Source: Solirubrobacteraceae bacterium
GTDB taxonomy: Bacteria > Actinomycetota > Thermoleophilia > Solirubrobacterales > Solirubrobacteraceae
Length of the DNA stretch: 58,475 nt
Direction of reading: 5' to 3'
Assembly (NCBI GenBank): GCA_035503355.1
Contig: DATJTQ010000179.1
Span: 1 to 58,475 of the forward strand
Under the pieces are notes generated by a model. The model did no database searches, was not told where the DNA came from, and saw only the letters and a list, made by a program, of their open reading frames with translations. This document shows positions 19,408 through 29,235 of the stretch, piece after piece. Positions within the stretch are counted from its first letter, which is position 1. Every line of letters starts with the position of its first letter. Position numbers and translations under genes: made by a program.

Positions 19408-20669
19408 GCGCTGAGCTCCCGCTCCACGTCGGTGCTCTGCGGCACCGCGGAGTCCACGCGACGGATCCCCACCTCGGTCGGGAGGTCCACGATCCCGCCC
19501 ATCGGCAGGTTCGCGCGGACCAAGAACGAGAAGCCACGGTCGTAGCGGTCCATCACATCCAGCCCCGAGCCGCGGTGCGCGAGGTTGACCACGGGGCTGT
19601 AGCGGCCCGGCGCCAGCACGTTGTCGAAGCTGAAGGTGAACTGCACCCGCTCGCCCGCGGAGAAGCGGCCGCTGTGCTCATGCTGGACCCAGGTCGACGC
19701 CACCAGGACCGCCTTCTGGTCCTCGTTGTGGATCTGTACCTCGGCCTGGGGATCCTCGACGTCGACCATGAACTCGACCAGGACCTGCAGCGACAGCCGC
19801 TGTCCCTGGGGGATCGCGGGCACGCGGTCGCCGCGCGCGTCCTCGGCCCACACGTCGATGACCCGCGCGTCGCCGTCGCCGCCATGCTCGCCGTCGGCGT
19901 CGAGGGCCTCGGGGTCGCGGCCGAAGTTGATCTCCAGGTAGCGCTCGGCCACGTCCGAGGCCTCCCCCACGTGGACCATCGAACCGCGCTCCAGGAGCAT
20001 CGCGCGGTGACAGAACCGCTGCAGGGCGGACATGTCGTGCGTGACCAGCACGATCGTCTTGCCCTGCTCGCGCATCGCGTGAAAGACGTCGTAGCACTTC
20101 TGCTGGAAGGCGGCATCGCCGACGGCGAGCACCTCGTCGATGAGCAGGATCTCGGCGTCGACCTGGATCGCCACCGAGAAGGCCAGGCGCACCAGCATTC
20201 CCGAGGAGTAGTTCTTGATCTTCAGGTCGCGGAAGTCGTGCAGTTCGGCGAAGTCGATGACGCTGTCGTACCGCTTGCGCGCCTCGCGCGGTGACAGCCC
20301 CATCATGATCCCGTTCATGACCACGTTGTCGCGCGCGGCGAGATCCATGTTGAAGCCGACGCCGAGCTCGATGAAGGTGGACAGCCGGCCACGACACCAG
20401 ATGTCGCCACCGCACTGGTAGATCCCGGCGATGCACTTCAGCAACGTGCTCTTGCCACACCCATTGCGCCCGGCGATCCCGAAGAACTCGCCACGCGACA
20501 CCGAGAAGGTGATGTCGTTGAGCGCCTGAAAGGTCTGGTACGCGGTGCGGCGCCGTGGATGCAGCGCGCGTTCCTTGAGGGTGTGGACCTTCTGCTCCGG
20601 AATCCGGAATGTCTTGTTCACACCGCGCGCAGCAATTGCGGGCAAGGCCGTTTCACCGCCGTTGACCAT
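19404..20669 (-). CDS. wzt: Polysaccharide ABC exporter ATPase with C-terminal Wzt_C carbohydrate-binding domain
   Basis: GRNGCGKST, YSSGM signature, IDEVLAVGD; ~170-aa C-terminal extension. Confidence 0.93.
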   Translation of the reverse strand: MVNGGETALPAIAARGVNKTFRIPEQKVHTLKERALHPRRRTAYQTFQALNDITFSVSRGEFFGIAGRNGCGKSTLLKCIAGIYQCGGDIWCRGRLSTFIELGVGFNMDLAARDNVVMNGIMMGLSPREARKRYDSVIDFAELHDFRDLKIKNYSSGMLVRLAFSVAIQVDAEILLIDEVLAVGDAAFQQKCYDVFHAMREQGKTIVLVTHDMSALQRFCHRAMLLERGSMVHVGEASDVAERYLEINFGRDPEALDADGEHGGDGDARVIDVWAEDARGDRVPAIPQGQRLSLQVLVEFMVDVEDPQAEVQIHNEDQKAVLVASTWVQHEHSGRFSAGERVQFTFSFDNVLAPGRYSPVVNLAHRGSGLDVMDRYDRGFSFLVRANLPMGGIVDLPTEVGIRRVDSAVPQSTDVERELSA

Positions 20670-20687
20670 GCTCAGAGGGTAGAGCGT

Positions 20688-21623
20688 CTACCCCTGCAGG
20701 CCGCGCAGGATGGTTCGCAGCCCGTCGCGCAGCGACACCTGAGCCTCCCACCCGAGCTCGGCCTTCGCGCGGGTCACGTCCAGGCAGCTGCGGCGCACCT
20801 CGCCGGGGCGCTCGGGGACGAACGTCGGCTCGGCGAGGCGCCGGTCGGGCGAGACCTCGTCCAGCGCGCGGATCAGGTCCAGGATCGAGGTCTCGTGTCC
20901 GTGTCCGATGTTCACCGGCCCGGTGAGCGACGACTCGGCGGCCAGCAGGTTGGCGCGCACCACATCGGACACGTCGACCCAGTCGCGTGTCTGACCACCG
21001 TCGCCGAACACCGTCGGGACGGTCCCGTCGATGAGGTGGCCGCAGAAGATCGCCACCACCCCGGCCTCGCCGTGTACGTCCTGGCGGGGGCCGTAGACGT
21101 TGCCGTACCGGAGCGACGCGGTGGACAGTCCGTGCAGGCGGGTGAAGAGCGCGCAGTAGCCCTCGGCGCCGAGCTTGCTCTGACCGTAGGGGGCGAGGGG
21201 GCGGATCTCGCTGTTCTCCGGCGTCGGGAGCACGTCGGCATCGCCGTACAGGCCGCCACCGGTCGAGGTGTTGACCAGGCGGCGCACCCCGGTCGCGCGC
21301 GCCGCCTCCAGGACGTTGATCGTGCCGACGATGTTGGTCTGCGCGTCGTCGGCGGGCCGCGCCACGGAGTGGCGGACGTCGATCTGGGCGGCGAGGTGAA
21401 AGACGGTCTCAGGACGCACGGCGGCAAACACCTCGGTCAGGGCGTCCGCGTCGCGGATGTCGACGGTCTCGAGCACCGCCCCCTCCGACAGGGCTGCGTC
21501 GAGGTTCTCCCGCTTGCCGGTGACGAGCGTGTCGATCACCGTGACGCGATCGCCACGCGCCAGCAGAGCATCGACGAGATTGGATCCGATGAAGCCGGCG
21601 CCGCCGGTGACTACGCAGTCCAT
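20688..21623 (-). CDS. UDP-sugar 4-epimerase (GalE-like SDR)
   Basis: VTGGAGFIGS, HLAAQIDVR, YGQSK, NVYGPRQ. Confidence 0.92.
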   Translation of the reverse strand: MDCVVTGGAGFIGSNLVDALLARGDRVTVIDTLVTGKRENLDAALSEGAVLETVDIRDADALTEVFAAVRPETVFHLAAQIDVRHSVARPADDAQTNIVGTINVLEAARATGVRRLVNTSTGGGLYGDADVLPTPENSEIRPLAPYGQSKLGAEGYCALFTRLHGLSTASLRYGNVYGPRQDVHGEAGVVAIFCGHLIDGTVPTVFGDGGQTRDWVDVSDVVRANLLAAESSLTGPVNIGHGHETSILDLIRALDEVSPDRRLAEPTFVPERPGEVRRSCLDVTRAKAELGWEAQVSLRDGLRTILRGLQG

Positions 21624-21842
21624 GAGCGGTGGAGATTACGAAGCAGCGGGTAGGAGGGGCTGTGCCACCGAGACCGGCACCGGTTCCGTAGGGGGAATCG
21701 ACCGGGATCTCGTGCCTTTTGCAACTTTTCTGACGTTCGTCCAGCGAATCAGGCAAGACCGTAACTTCGCAGCGCAATCCCCGTTTCTATGCCTAACCTC
21801 CGAGAAATCCAGTCTCGAATGCGAGGAGATCTGACCACATCC

Positions 21843-22664
21843 ATGCGCCCCCAGGGTTCGATAGAGCCAGAGCTGATCACGTCGGTGCGCCCGCCGCGGA
21901 CGGCGGACGTGCTCGGGGTTCCGCTTGCGCTCACCGACTATGAGGCGGCCATGGACTGGATCGACTCGATGGTGGCGGCGCGTGAGCGTGGCTATGTCTG
22001 CGTCTGCAACGTGCACACCGTCATGGCCTCCCGGGAGGATCCGGCGCTCCGAGCGGCGCTGATGGGCTCCGCGGTCAACGTCCCGGACGGTCAGCCGCTG
22101 GTGTGGGCGCTGAACCTGCTTGGCCACGGCCTGGAGGATCGCGTCTACGGACCCGAGCTCATGGCGCGCTCGTGTGCCCGGGCGGTGGACTCCGGTCAGC
22201 GCATGTATCTCTACGGTGGGCGCAACCAGGGCGCGCTGGTCCAGCTCGCGCTCAATCTCCGCCAGCGCTACCCCGGCGTGCGCATCGTCGGCGGCTACTC
22301 GCCCCCCCACCGCGCCCTCACCGCCGAGGAGCGCGCCGCCGTGATCAAGGAGATCAATGGCTCGCGCGCCGACGTCGTGTGGGCCGGGATCGGCGTGCCC
22401 AAGCAGGAGAAGTGGATGGCCGAGATGCGCGACGAGCTCGACGCGCCCGTCCTCATCGGGGTCGGCGCGGCCTTTGACTTTCACGCCGGACTCGTCCCCC
22501 AGGCGCCGGGGCTGCTGCAGGAGTCCGGCCTGGAGTGGGCCTACCGGCTGGCCCATGAGCCGCGACGCCTGTGGCGGCGGTACACGCGCTACAACCCGCG
22601 CTTCGTCGCCGCCTTCGCGCGACAGCTGCGCGAGCATCGCCGTCAGGTCTCGGCGCCAAGCTGA
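21843..22664 (+). CDS. WecG/TagA/CpsF family glycosyltransferase (GT26)
   Basis: NVH, PDGQP, RVYGPEL, GIGVPKQEKW, GVGAAFDF, GLEW.YRL..EPRRLWRRY; start uncertain (21789-21843). Confidence 0.92.
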   Translation: MRPQGSIEPELITSVRPPRTADVLGVPLALTDYEAAMDWIDSMVAARERGYVCVCNVHTVMASREDPALRAALMGSAVNVPDGQPLVWALNLLGHGLEDRVYGPELMARSCARAVDSGQRMYLYGGRNQGALVQLALNLRQRYPGVRIVGGYSPPHRALTAEERAAVIKEINGSRADVVWAGIGVPKQEKWMAEMRDELDAPVLIGVGAAFDFHAGLVPQAPGLLQESGLEWAYRLAHEPRRLWRRYTRYNPRFVAAFARQLREHRRQVSAPS

Positions 22665-22724
22665 CGCCGACCCGTCCGGCCGCGGCCCCGGACACAATGG
22701 ATTCCCTGGGCAGAATGGAAGGTC

Positions 22725-23576
22725 GTGCCCTCACCACCCACAGCCACGGTCGTGATCCCGACCCGGGGGCGGCCCCAGTACCTCGACGTCGCCCTGGCTA
22801 CGGTCATGCCCCAGGCGCAGGCCGCCGGCGCCGAGGTCATCGTCCTCAACGACGGGGCTGACCCGGCCACCGACGCGGTGGCGTCCCGGCACGGGACGCG
22901 CGTGCTGGCCGTGCCGGCCCCTGGGGGCCTGAACGCCGCGCGCAACGCCGGGATCGACGCCGCGGCCGCCGACCTGGTGGTGCTCATCGATGACGATGTC
23001 TCCGCGCCCTCGGGCTGGCTTGCGGCGGTGCTCGCCGGCGCGCAGGCCGCGCCGGAGATCGAGGTCTTCGGCGGCCCGATCCGGGCGGTGCTGGAGGGCG
23101 GGGGCCCACGGTCCTGCGGGCGCGAGAGTCCTCCCATCACCACCCTCGACCTCGGCGCCACCGATCGCGACGTAGCGCTGGTGTGGGGGGCCAACATGGC
23201 CCTGCGCCGCAGCGCGGTACGCCGCGCCGGCCGCTTTGACGAGGCGTGGCACGGCCCCGGCGACGAGGAGGACTGGGAACGGCGCTACACCGCGGCGGGC
23301 GGGGTGGTGCGCTATCTCGCCGGTGCCGGACTGGACCACCGCCGGACCGAGCAGGACGCCACCATCTCCCGGCTCTCACGCGCCGCCTACCGGCAGGGGC
23401 GGTCCTCGCGCCGCTACGACTCGCACAAGGGCACCGCCCCCTCGCTCATCGCCGAGCTGCGCACGCTGGCGGGATGTCAGTGGCATGTCGTCAGGCGCCG
23501 CTGCCCGCGTGGGATCATGCTGGTGGCGCACGCGGCGGGGCGCCTCACCGAGACGGTGGCGACGTATGGACGCTGA
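22725..23576 (+). CDS. Glycosyltransferase family 2
   Basis: VVIPTRGRP, GLNAARNAG, LIDDD, GANMALRR. Confidence 0.88.
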   Translation: MPSPPTATVVIPTRGRPQYLDVALATVMPQAQAAGAEVIVLNDGADPATDAVASRHGTRVLAVPAPGGLNAARNAGIDAAAADLVVLIDDDVSAPSGWLAAVLAGAQAAPEIEVFGGPIRAVLEGGGPRSCGRESPPITTLDLGATDRDVALVWGANMALRRSAVRRAGRFDEAWHGPGDEEDWERRYTAAGGVVRYLAGAGLDHRRTEQDATISRLSRAAYRQGRSSRRYDSHKGTAPSLIAELRTLAGCQWHVVRRRCPRGIMLVAHAAGRLTETVATYGR

Positions 23577-24378
23577 GCGCGCCGACTTCCTGTCGGGGAC
23601 CAGCGGCCAGGTGCATGGCATCCGCGCCACGACGCGCGCCGCGCTCGCCGACGCGGCGTGCGACGCCATCGCGCTGGCCACCCTGGCGCCGGTGCGACTG
23701 CGCCGGGCCGCCCGCCGGGCGCCGTCACGACGGGTGCTGGCGCTCGCGCTGGAGCGCACCGACGCGCCCAACGTGCTGGGCGCCGCCCGCACCGAGCTGG
23801 CCCGCTCCCACCATCGCGTCGACCTGGTGACCGGCCCCGTCGGCGACGGCGGCAAGTTCGAGAATCTCAATGGGCTGCTGGCGTCACATCCCGCCGACGG
23901 CTATGACTGGCTGCTGCTGCTCGACGACGACGTCCGCCTGCCCCGCGGCTTCCTCGACGAGCTCCTGCTCCTCGCGGAGCGCTTTGACTTCGCCATGGCG
24001 CAGCCCGCGCACCGATGGCGCTCACACGCCGCGTGGGCGGTGACGCGTCGCCGGCCGGGCTCCGTCGCGCGCGAGACCCGGTTCGTGGAGATCGGCCCGG
24101 TGTGCGCGCTGCGCGCGGACACCTTCGCCCAGATGCTCCCATTCCCGCCGCTGCGCTTCGGATGGGGGCTGGATGCCCACTGGTCGGCGGTCGCCGCGCA
24201 GCGGGGATGGCGCATGGGCGTCATCGACGCCGTGCCCGTCCACCACGGCCTGCGGCGCATCGCCGCCGCCTATGACCGCGGCGCGGCCCTGGCCGAGGCC
24301 CGCGCCTTCCTGGCCGAGCGCCCGTACACCACGGCCAGTGAGGCCCAGCGGACCGTGGCGACCCACCACCACTGGTGA
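23566..24378 (+). CDS. Hypothetical GT-A-like protein
   Basis: ATG 23566 MDAERADF; GKFENLN, YDWLLLLDDDV, AQPA, FVEIGP, GWGLD. Confidence 0.7.
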   Translation: MDAERADFLSGTSGQVHGIRATTRAALADAACDAIALATLAPVRLRRAARRAPSRRVLALALERTDAPNVLGAARTELARSHHRVDLVTGPVGDGGKFENLNGLLASHPADGYDWLLLLDDDVRLPRGFLDELLLLAERFDFAMAQPAHRWRSHAAWAVTRRRPGSVARETRFVEIGPVCALRADTFAQMLPFPPLRFGWGLDAHWSAVAAQRGWRMGVIDAVPVHHGLRRIAAAYDRGAALAEARAFLAERPYTTASEAQRTVATHHHW

Positions 24379-25538
24379 TGCGGGTCGTGATCGTCGCCGA
24401 GTACTACCCCCGGGCGTCTGACCCGACGCTGGGCGTGTGGGCGCACCGCCAGGCGGTGGCGGCCCGCGACGCCGGTGCCGACGTTCGCGTGCTCGTGCTC
24501 CACCGCCCGTTCCCGACCCTCGCCGATGTGCGCTCGGTTCGGCTCCGGGCGCTGCGCGACGCCGCGCGCCAGCCCGTGGCACAGGTGATTGACGGTGTAC
24601 CCGTGCAGTACGTGCGCTACGTCTCGCCGCCGCGGCCGTGGAGCTACGCGTCCTGGGGCGCGTGGGCTGCCCCGGTATTGGGTCGCGCCCTGCGCCGGTT
24701 GCGCGAGCGCTTTCCCTTCGAGCTGGCCCACGCGCACTATGCCGTGCCCTCGGGCGACGCGGTGCGCCGAGCCGCCCCCGGGGTCCCGCTGCTCGTCTCC
24801 GTCCACGGCGGTGACGTCCATGGTCCCCATGCGGGCGCGCCGGCGGTGCGCGCCGCGCTGGCCCACGCCCGCCTGGTCCTGGCCAACAGTGCGGGAACCG
24901 CGCGGCGCTGCGAGGAGCGCGGCGCCCGTCACACCCGCGTGGTGCATCTGGGGACCGACCTGCCGCCCGCTGTCGCCCCGCCGCCGGCGACCCCCACGCT
25001 GGTCACGGTGGGCAATCTCATCGCCCGCAAGCGCCACGCCGACGTCATCGAGGCGGTGGCCCTGCTGCGCGATCGCCGGCCCCAACTCCGCTACGTCATC
25101 GTCGGCGATGGCCCTGAGCGGGAGGCGCTGCGCGCCCTGGCCACGGCTCGCGGCATCTCCGACCGCGTGGTCCTGCGCGGGCGCCTGGCCCACGCCGATG
25201 CGGTGGCCCAGGCGCGGGCGGGGTCGCTGTTCGTCCTGCCCAGCACCGCCGAGGCCTTCGGCGTCGCCTACGTGGAGGCGATGGCGGCGGGGATCCCGGC
25301 CATCGGATCGCGCGGCGAGGACGGCCCCGAGGAGATCGCCGCGGCGGGCGACGGCATCGAACTGGTGACGCCGGGCGACCCGGGTGCACTCGCTGGCACC
25401 ATTGACGCGCTGCTGTCCGACCACCGCCGCCTGGATGCCCTGCGCACCGCTGCCCGCGACACCGTCTCGCGGGAGTTCACCTGGGAGCGCTGCGGCCGGG
25501 AGACGGTGGAGGCCTATGCCAAGGTGCGCGATGGCTGA
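24378..25538 (+). CDS. Glycosyltransferase family 4
   Basis: HAHY, HGGDV, VGNLIARK, PSTAEAFGVAYVEAMAAG. Confidence 0.92.
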   Translation: MRVVIVAEYYPRASDPTLGVWAHRQAVAARDAGADVRVLVLHRPFPTLADVRSVRLRALRDAARQPVAQVIDGVPVQYVRYVSPPRPWSYASWGAWAAPVLGRALRRLRERFPFELAHAHYAVPSGDAVRRAAPGVPLLVSVHGGDVHGPHAGAPAVRAALAHARLVLANSAGTARRCEERGARHTRVVHLGTDLPPAVAPPPATPTLVTVGNLIARKRHADVIEAVALLRDRRPQLRYVIVGDGPEREALRALATARGISDRVVLRGRLAHADAVAQARAGSLFVLPSTAEAFGVAYVEAMAAGIPAIGSRGEDGPEEIAAAGDGIELVTPGDPGALAGTIDALLSDHRRLDALRTAARDTVSREFTWERCGRETVEAYAKVRDG

Positions 25539-26259
25539 GCTCGCCTCCGCCCCCTATGACGCCGACAACCTCCTGGACCGCCACAGCCGGCGCTCGACGC
25601 TCGAGCTCAACTACGCCCACATGATGGAGCGCGAGCGGACGCTCATGGACCGCGAACTGGCGCTGCGCGGAGGCGACGTGCTGTCGGTGGGATGCGGGTG
25701 GCATCCCGGGCGCCACCTCTTCCCCGCCCCCGCCTTTCGCCTGGTCGGGGCCGACGCTGACCCGGCCAAGGTGGCCGGCGTGCTGGAGAGCGGGCGCGCC
25801 GACGCGGGGGTGGTCGGCTATGCCGGTCACCTGGGGCTCGCGCCGCAGTCCTTTGACGTCGTCCTCTACCGCCTGGTGTTGCACCACCTCGCGTTTCAGG
25901 GGCCACTCGGCCCCTGCTTTGAGGAGGCCGCGGGCCTCCTGCGGCCGGGCGGCGCGCTCATCGCCATCGAGCCGGGGCTATGGCATCCGGTGGGCGCGGC
26001 ACTGGCGCTGGCCAACCGTTCGGGTGTGGCCAACCGGGTCCACGGCACGCCCGACGACATCCCGCTCTCGCCGCGCCGGCTGGCCGCCGAGGCCCGGGCG
26101 GCGGGGCTTGAGCCCCGCGTCTACGCGGTCACCTACACGTGGCGGCGCCTGGCGCCGGCGGTGCAGCGAGCGTTGTGGCCGCTGGACCGCCTCGGCGCCC
26201 GGCCCCGGGCGGCCCGCTTCGGTCATACGCTGATGCTCATCGCGCGAGCGCCGCGTTAG
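25531..26259 (+). CDS. Class I SAM-dependent methyltransferase
   Basis: ATG 25531; VLSVGCG, SFDVV...VLHHL, LRPGG. Confidence 0.85.
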   Translation: MAELASAPYDADNLLDRHSRRSTLELNYAHMMERERTLMDRELALRGGDVLSVGCGWHPGRHLFPAPAFRLVGADADPAKVAGVLESGRADAGVVGYAGHLGLAPQSFDVVLYRLVLHHLAFQGPLGPCFEEAAGLLRPGGALIAIEPGLWHPVGAALALANRSGVANRVHGTPDDIPLSPRRLAAEARAAGLEPRVYAVTYTWRRLAPAVQRALWPLDRLGARPRAARFGHTLMLIARAPR

Positions 26260-26271
26260 GCACGGGTTGTC

Positions 26272-28455
26272 ATGGCCTCAGACGGCACACCGCGATTGCT
26301 AGCCTCCGCCCCCGTGTCGACCCTTGTGCCGGCGCCGCCGGGCGCCGGGGGAGAAGCGACGACGACGCCCTCCCGGCCGCAGCCCTCCGCTTCACTGACC
26401 CGCGACGCGATCGCTGGTCTGGTGGTGGCGGCCGCGCTGGTGGCGCTGGTCTTCCTCACCAGCAGCAGCATCGATCAGACGGTGACCAGCGAGAACACGT
26501 GGTCACAGATCGCCATCACGTTCCTCGGCGCCGGCGCCTGCGCCGCGGCGGTTCTCGTCGGCGGTCGCGGCCGCGCCTGGGGCGCGCCCGCCGTCGCGTG
26601 GTTCGCCGCCTTCACCGCGTTCGCGGCGCTGTCGATCCTGTGGTCGGTGCAGCCCGACTGGTCCTGGTTCGGCGCCAACCAGCTGCTCTCGTACTTGGCG
26701 GCCTTCGCCGCCGCCGTGGTCGCCGGGCGGCTCATTCCCACGCGCTGGCCGGCGCTGGTGGGCGGCGTCGCCCTCGCCGTGACCGTCCTGTGCGCCTACT
26801 CGCTGCTGGCCAAGGTCTTTCCGAGCACCCTGGCCTCGGGCAACGACTACGGCCGGCTGCTGGCCCCGTTCGGCTACTGGAACGCGATCGGGGTCGCCGC
26901 CGCGCTGGGACTGGCGCCCGCCCTCTGGGCGGCGACGCGGCCGGTGAGCGCCACCGTCCTGCGCGGCCTGACGGTCCCGGCGATGACGCTGATGATCGCC
27001 GTGATCGCGCTCTCCTACTCGCGCTCGGCGGCGCTGGTGGGCGTCGTCGCCGTCGCGGCGTGGGTGGGGTTCGTGCCCCTGCGGCTGCGCTCGGCGCTGA
27101 TGCTCGGCCTGGCCGGGGTGTGCGCCATCCCCATCGTGGTGGTGGCGCTCAACGACCACAACCTCACCACCGACCACGTGTCGATGGCGGCACAGGACGC
27201 CGCCGGTCACGCCTTCGGCCCGGCGCTGCTGGGGATCACGCTGGTCGCGGCCCTGCTGGGCGTGGCCGCGAGCATGTCCATGGCCCGCGTCACAGTCCCG
27301 GAACCGACGCGACGGCGCATCGGGACGGCTCTGCTCTGCGTGGCCGCACTGGTCCCCGTGGCCGCCGTGGTGGCCGTAGCGGCGTCGAGCCGGGGGCTGT
27401 TCGGACAGATCTCCCACGCCTGGCACTCTCTGGTCAGCACCAACAGCGTCGTCTACGACACGCCGGGCCGGCTCACGCAGCTCGGCTCCAGCCGCCCGGC
27501 CTACTGGCATCAGGGCCTGGACGTCGGCAGCCACGCGCTGCTCAAGGGAGTGGGCGAGCTCGGCTACGGGGTGGCCCGCCTCCGCTACACCACGAGCGGG
27601 CAGAAGACCGATCAGGCGCACAACTACCTCGTGCAGACGTTCGCCGACCTCGGGCTCATCGGCGTCGTGCTGACGCTGGGGTTGCTTGTGGCGTGGGGCC
27701 GAGCCGCGGCGCGTCCGCTGGCGCTCAAGCGAAAGTGGAGCGAGCTGACCGAGCTCGAGGCCAACGAGCGCGCGGGCCTCGCGGCGCTGGCCATCGTGGT
27801 GATCACCTTCGGCATCCAGTCGGTGCTGGACTTCACCTTCTACTTCCCGGGCATCGCCATCCCCGTCCTGGTGTGCGCCGGGTGGCTGGCCGGTCGCGGG
27901 CCACTTTCGGCGCCCGTCGGACGGCGGGCGCAGGGGCGCGTGTCGGTGCTGCAACGGCCCGGCGCCGGAGCCCTCGTCACCGGCCTCGCCGCCATCGCGA
28001 TGATCGGCGGCTGGCTGATGTGGCAGCCGCTGCGCTCGGCCCAGGCGATGGCCGACGCCGAGAACCACCCGGACACGGCCTTTGCCAGCGCACGGGCGGC
28101 GGCCAGCCGCGACCCGCTCTCGATCGAGCCGCTCGATCAGCTCTCCGCGCTGTACAGCGGTAACCGTCAGTACGCGGCGGCCCGCGCCGAACTGGTCAAG
28201 GCCACGCAGCTCCAGCCCGAGAACCCGCAGTCCTGGCTGTCGCTGGGCGAGTACGACTACTCCGCCGCCCACCCCCTGCCGGCCATCGCGGAGCTGCAGC
28301 AGGCCCTGTCGCTGGACCGGGCGAGCAGCGTCGACACCATCACGGCCCGCACCGAGATCGCGGACGCGAACGCGTTGCTGGCCCAGCGCCGGGCGGCCGC
28401 GAAGGCGCGCTCGGCCCGAGCCCGGGCGCGGGCGCGCCGCCACCGCGGAGGTTGA
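26272..28455 (+). CDS. O-antigen ligase/O-oligosaccharyltransferase family membrane protein with C-terminal TPR
   Basis: PFGYWNA, SYSRS, R..YW, G.G, AHNYLVQTFADLGLIG; TPR-like 'KATQLQPENPQSWLSLG'. Confidence 0.85.
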   Translation: MASDGTPRLLASAPVSTLVPAPPGAGGEATTTPSRPQPSASLTRDAIAGLVVAAALVALVFLTSSSIDQTVTSENTWSQIAITFLGAGACAAAVLVGGRGRAWGAPAVAWFAAFTAFAALSILWSVQPDWSWFGANQLLSYLAAFAAAVVAGRLIPTRWPALVGGVALAVTVLCAYSLLAKVFPSTLASGNDYGRLLAPFGYWNAIGVAAALGLAPALWAATRPVSATVLRGLTVPAMTLMIAVIALSYSRSAALVGVVAVAAWVGFVPLRLRSALMLGLAGVCAIPIVVVALNDHNLTTDHVSMAAQDAAGHAFGPALLGITLVAALLGVAASMSMARVTVPEPTRRRIGTALLCVAALVPVAAVVAVAASSRGLFGQISHAWHSLVSTNSVVYDTPGRLTQLGSSRPAYWHQGLDVGSHALLKGVGELGYGVARLRYTTSGQKTDQAHNYLVQTFADLGLIGVVLTLGLLVAWGRAAARPLALKRKWSELTELEANERAGLAALAIVVITFGIQSVLDFTFYFPGIAIPVLVCAGWLAGRGPLSAPVGRRAQGRVSVLQRPGAGALVTGLAAIAMIGGWLMWQPLRSAQAMADAENHPDTAFASARAAASRDPLSIEPLDQLSALYSGNRQYAAARAELVKATQLQPENPQSWLSLGEYDYSAAHPLPAIAELQQALSLDRASSVDTITARTEIADANALLAQRRAAAKARSARARARARRHRGG

Positions 28456-28492
28456 CGCTCGCGCGGCGGCTGACGCTTCCAAGCCGCGACGA

Positions 28493-29089
28493 TCAGCGCA
28501 CCGCGCGAGCCAGCAGCAGCCGGCGCGCCAGCGGTGGCCCGCCCACGGCGCGCACCGTGATCTCCCCGAAGGCGAAGTCGCTCAGCACGTCGCGCAGGGA
28601 TCGCGCCGTGTACAGGTGCAGGTGGTCACCGAGCGGAACGGAGTACCGCTCGATCCCGCCGGCCAGCAGGCGCAGGCGGCCGTGACTGGGAGTGGTGAGC
28701 AGCACCCGGCCTCCGCGCGCCAGCACACGGCGGACTTCCGAGAGCCACCGCGCGGTGTCGGCGACATGCTCGATCACCTCGCTGGACCACACGACATCGA
28801 AGGCGCCGTCGTCGAAGGGCAGCGGCGCGTCGAATCCGACCAGGCGCAGGTCAAGCTGCGGATGACGGCGGCGCGCCCGGTCAAGCGCACCCTGGGCGAC
28901 GTCGGCAGCGGTCACTCGCGCCCCCGCGCCGGCCATGTCGGCGGCGAGATCGCCCTCGCCGGAGCCCAGGTCCAGCACCCGATCGCCCGGGCCGACGTTG
29001 GCCAGCGCAAAGCCGCGTCGGAGGGTCAGGTCGGGGGGCGCGAGATCCTCGGGCAGGCGCGCCCACAGCTCCTCGTAGTACTGCTTCAC
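28493..29089 (-). CDS. Class I SAM-dependent methyltransferase
   Basis: VLDLGSGEG, LPFDDGAFDVV, EVIEHV. Confidence 0.9.
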   Translation of the reverse strand: MKQYYEELWARLPEDLAPPDLTLRRGFALANVGPGDRVLDLGSGEGDLAADMAGAGARVTAADVAQGALDRARRRHPQLDLRLVGFDAPLPFDDGAFDVVWSSEVIEHVADTARWLSEVRRVLARGGRVLLTTPSHGRLRLLAGGIERYSVPLGDHLHLYTARSLRDVLSDFAFGEITVRAVGGPPLARRLLLARAVR

Positions 29090-29235
29090 GCGGTGAACGT
29101 ATCGGGCCGGGGCGGCCTCTGGACAGCCGCGCCGCCGCCGGGATACAGTGCCGCACCGGGGAACACCGACGTCGAGCTTATGCCCACCGCCACGGTCAGC
29201 GAATCGGACCCTCCCTCGGCTTTCATGCCGGTCCT

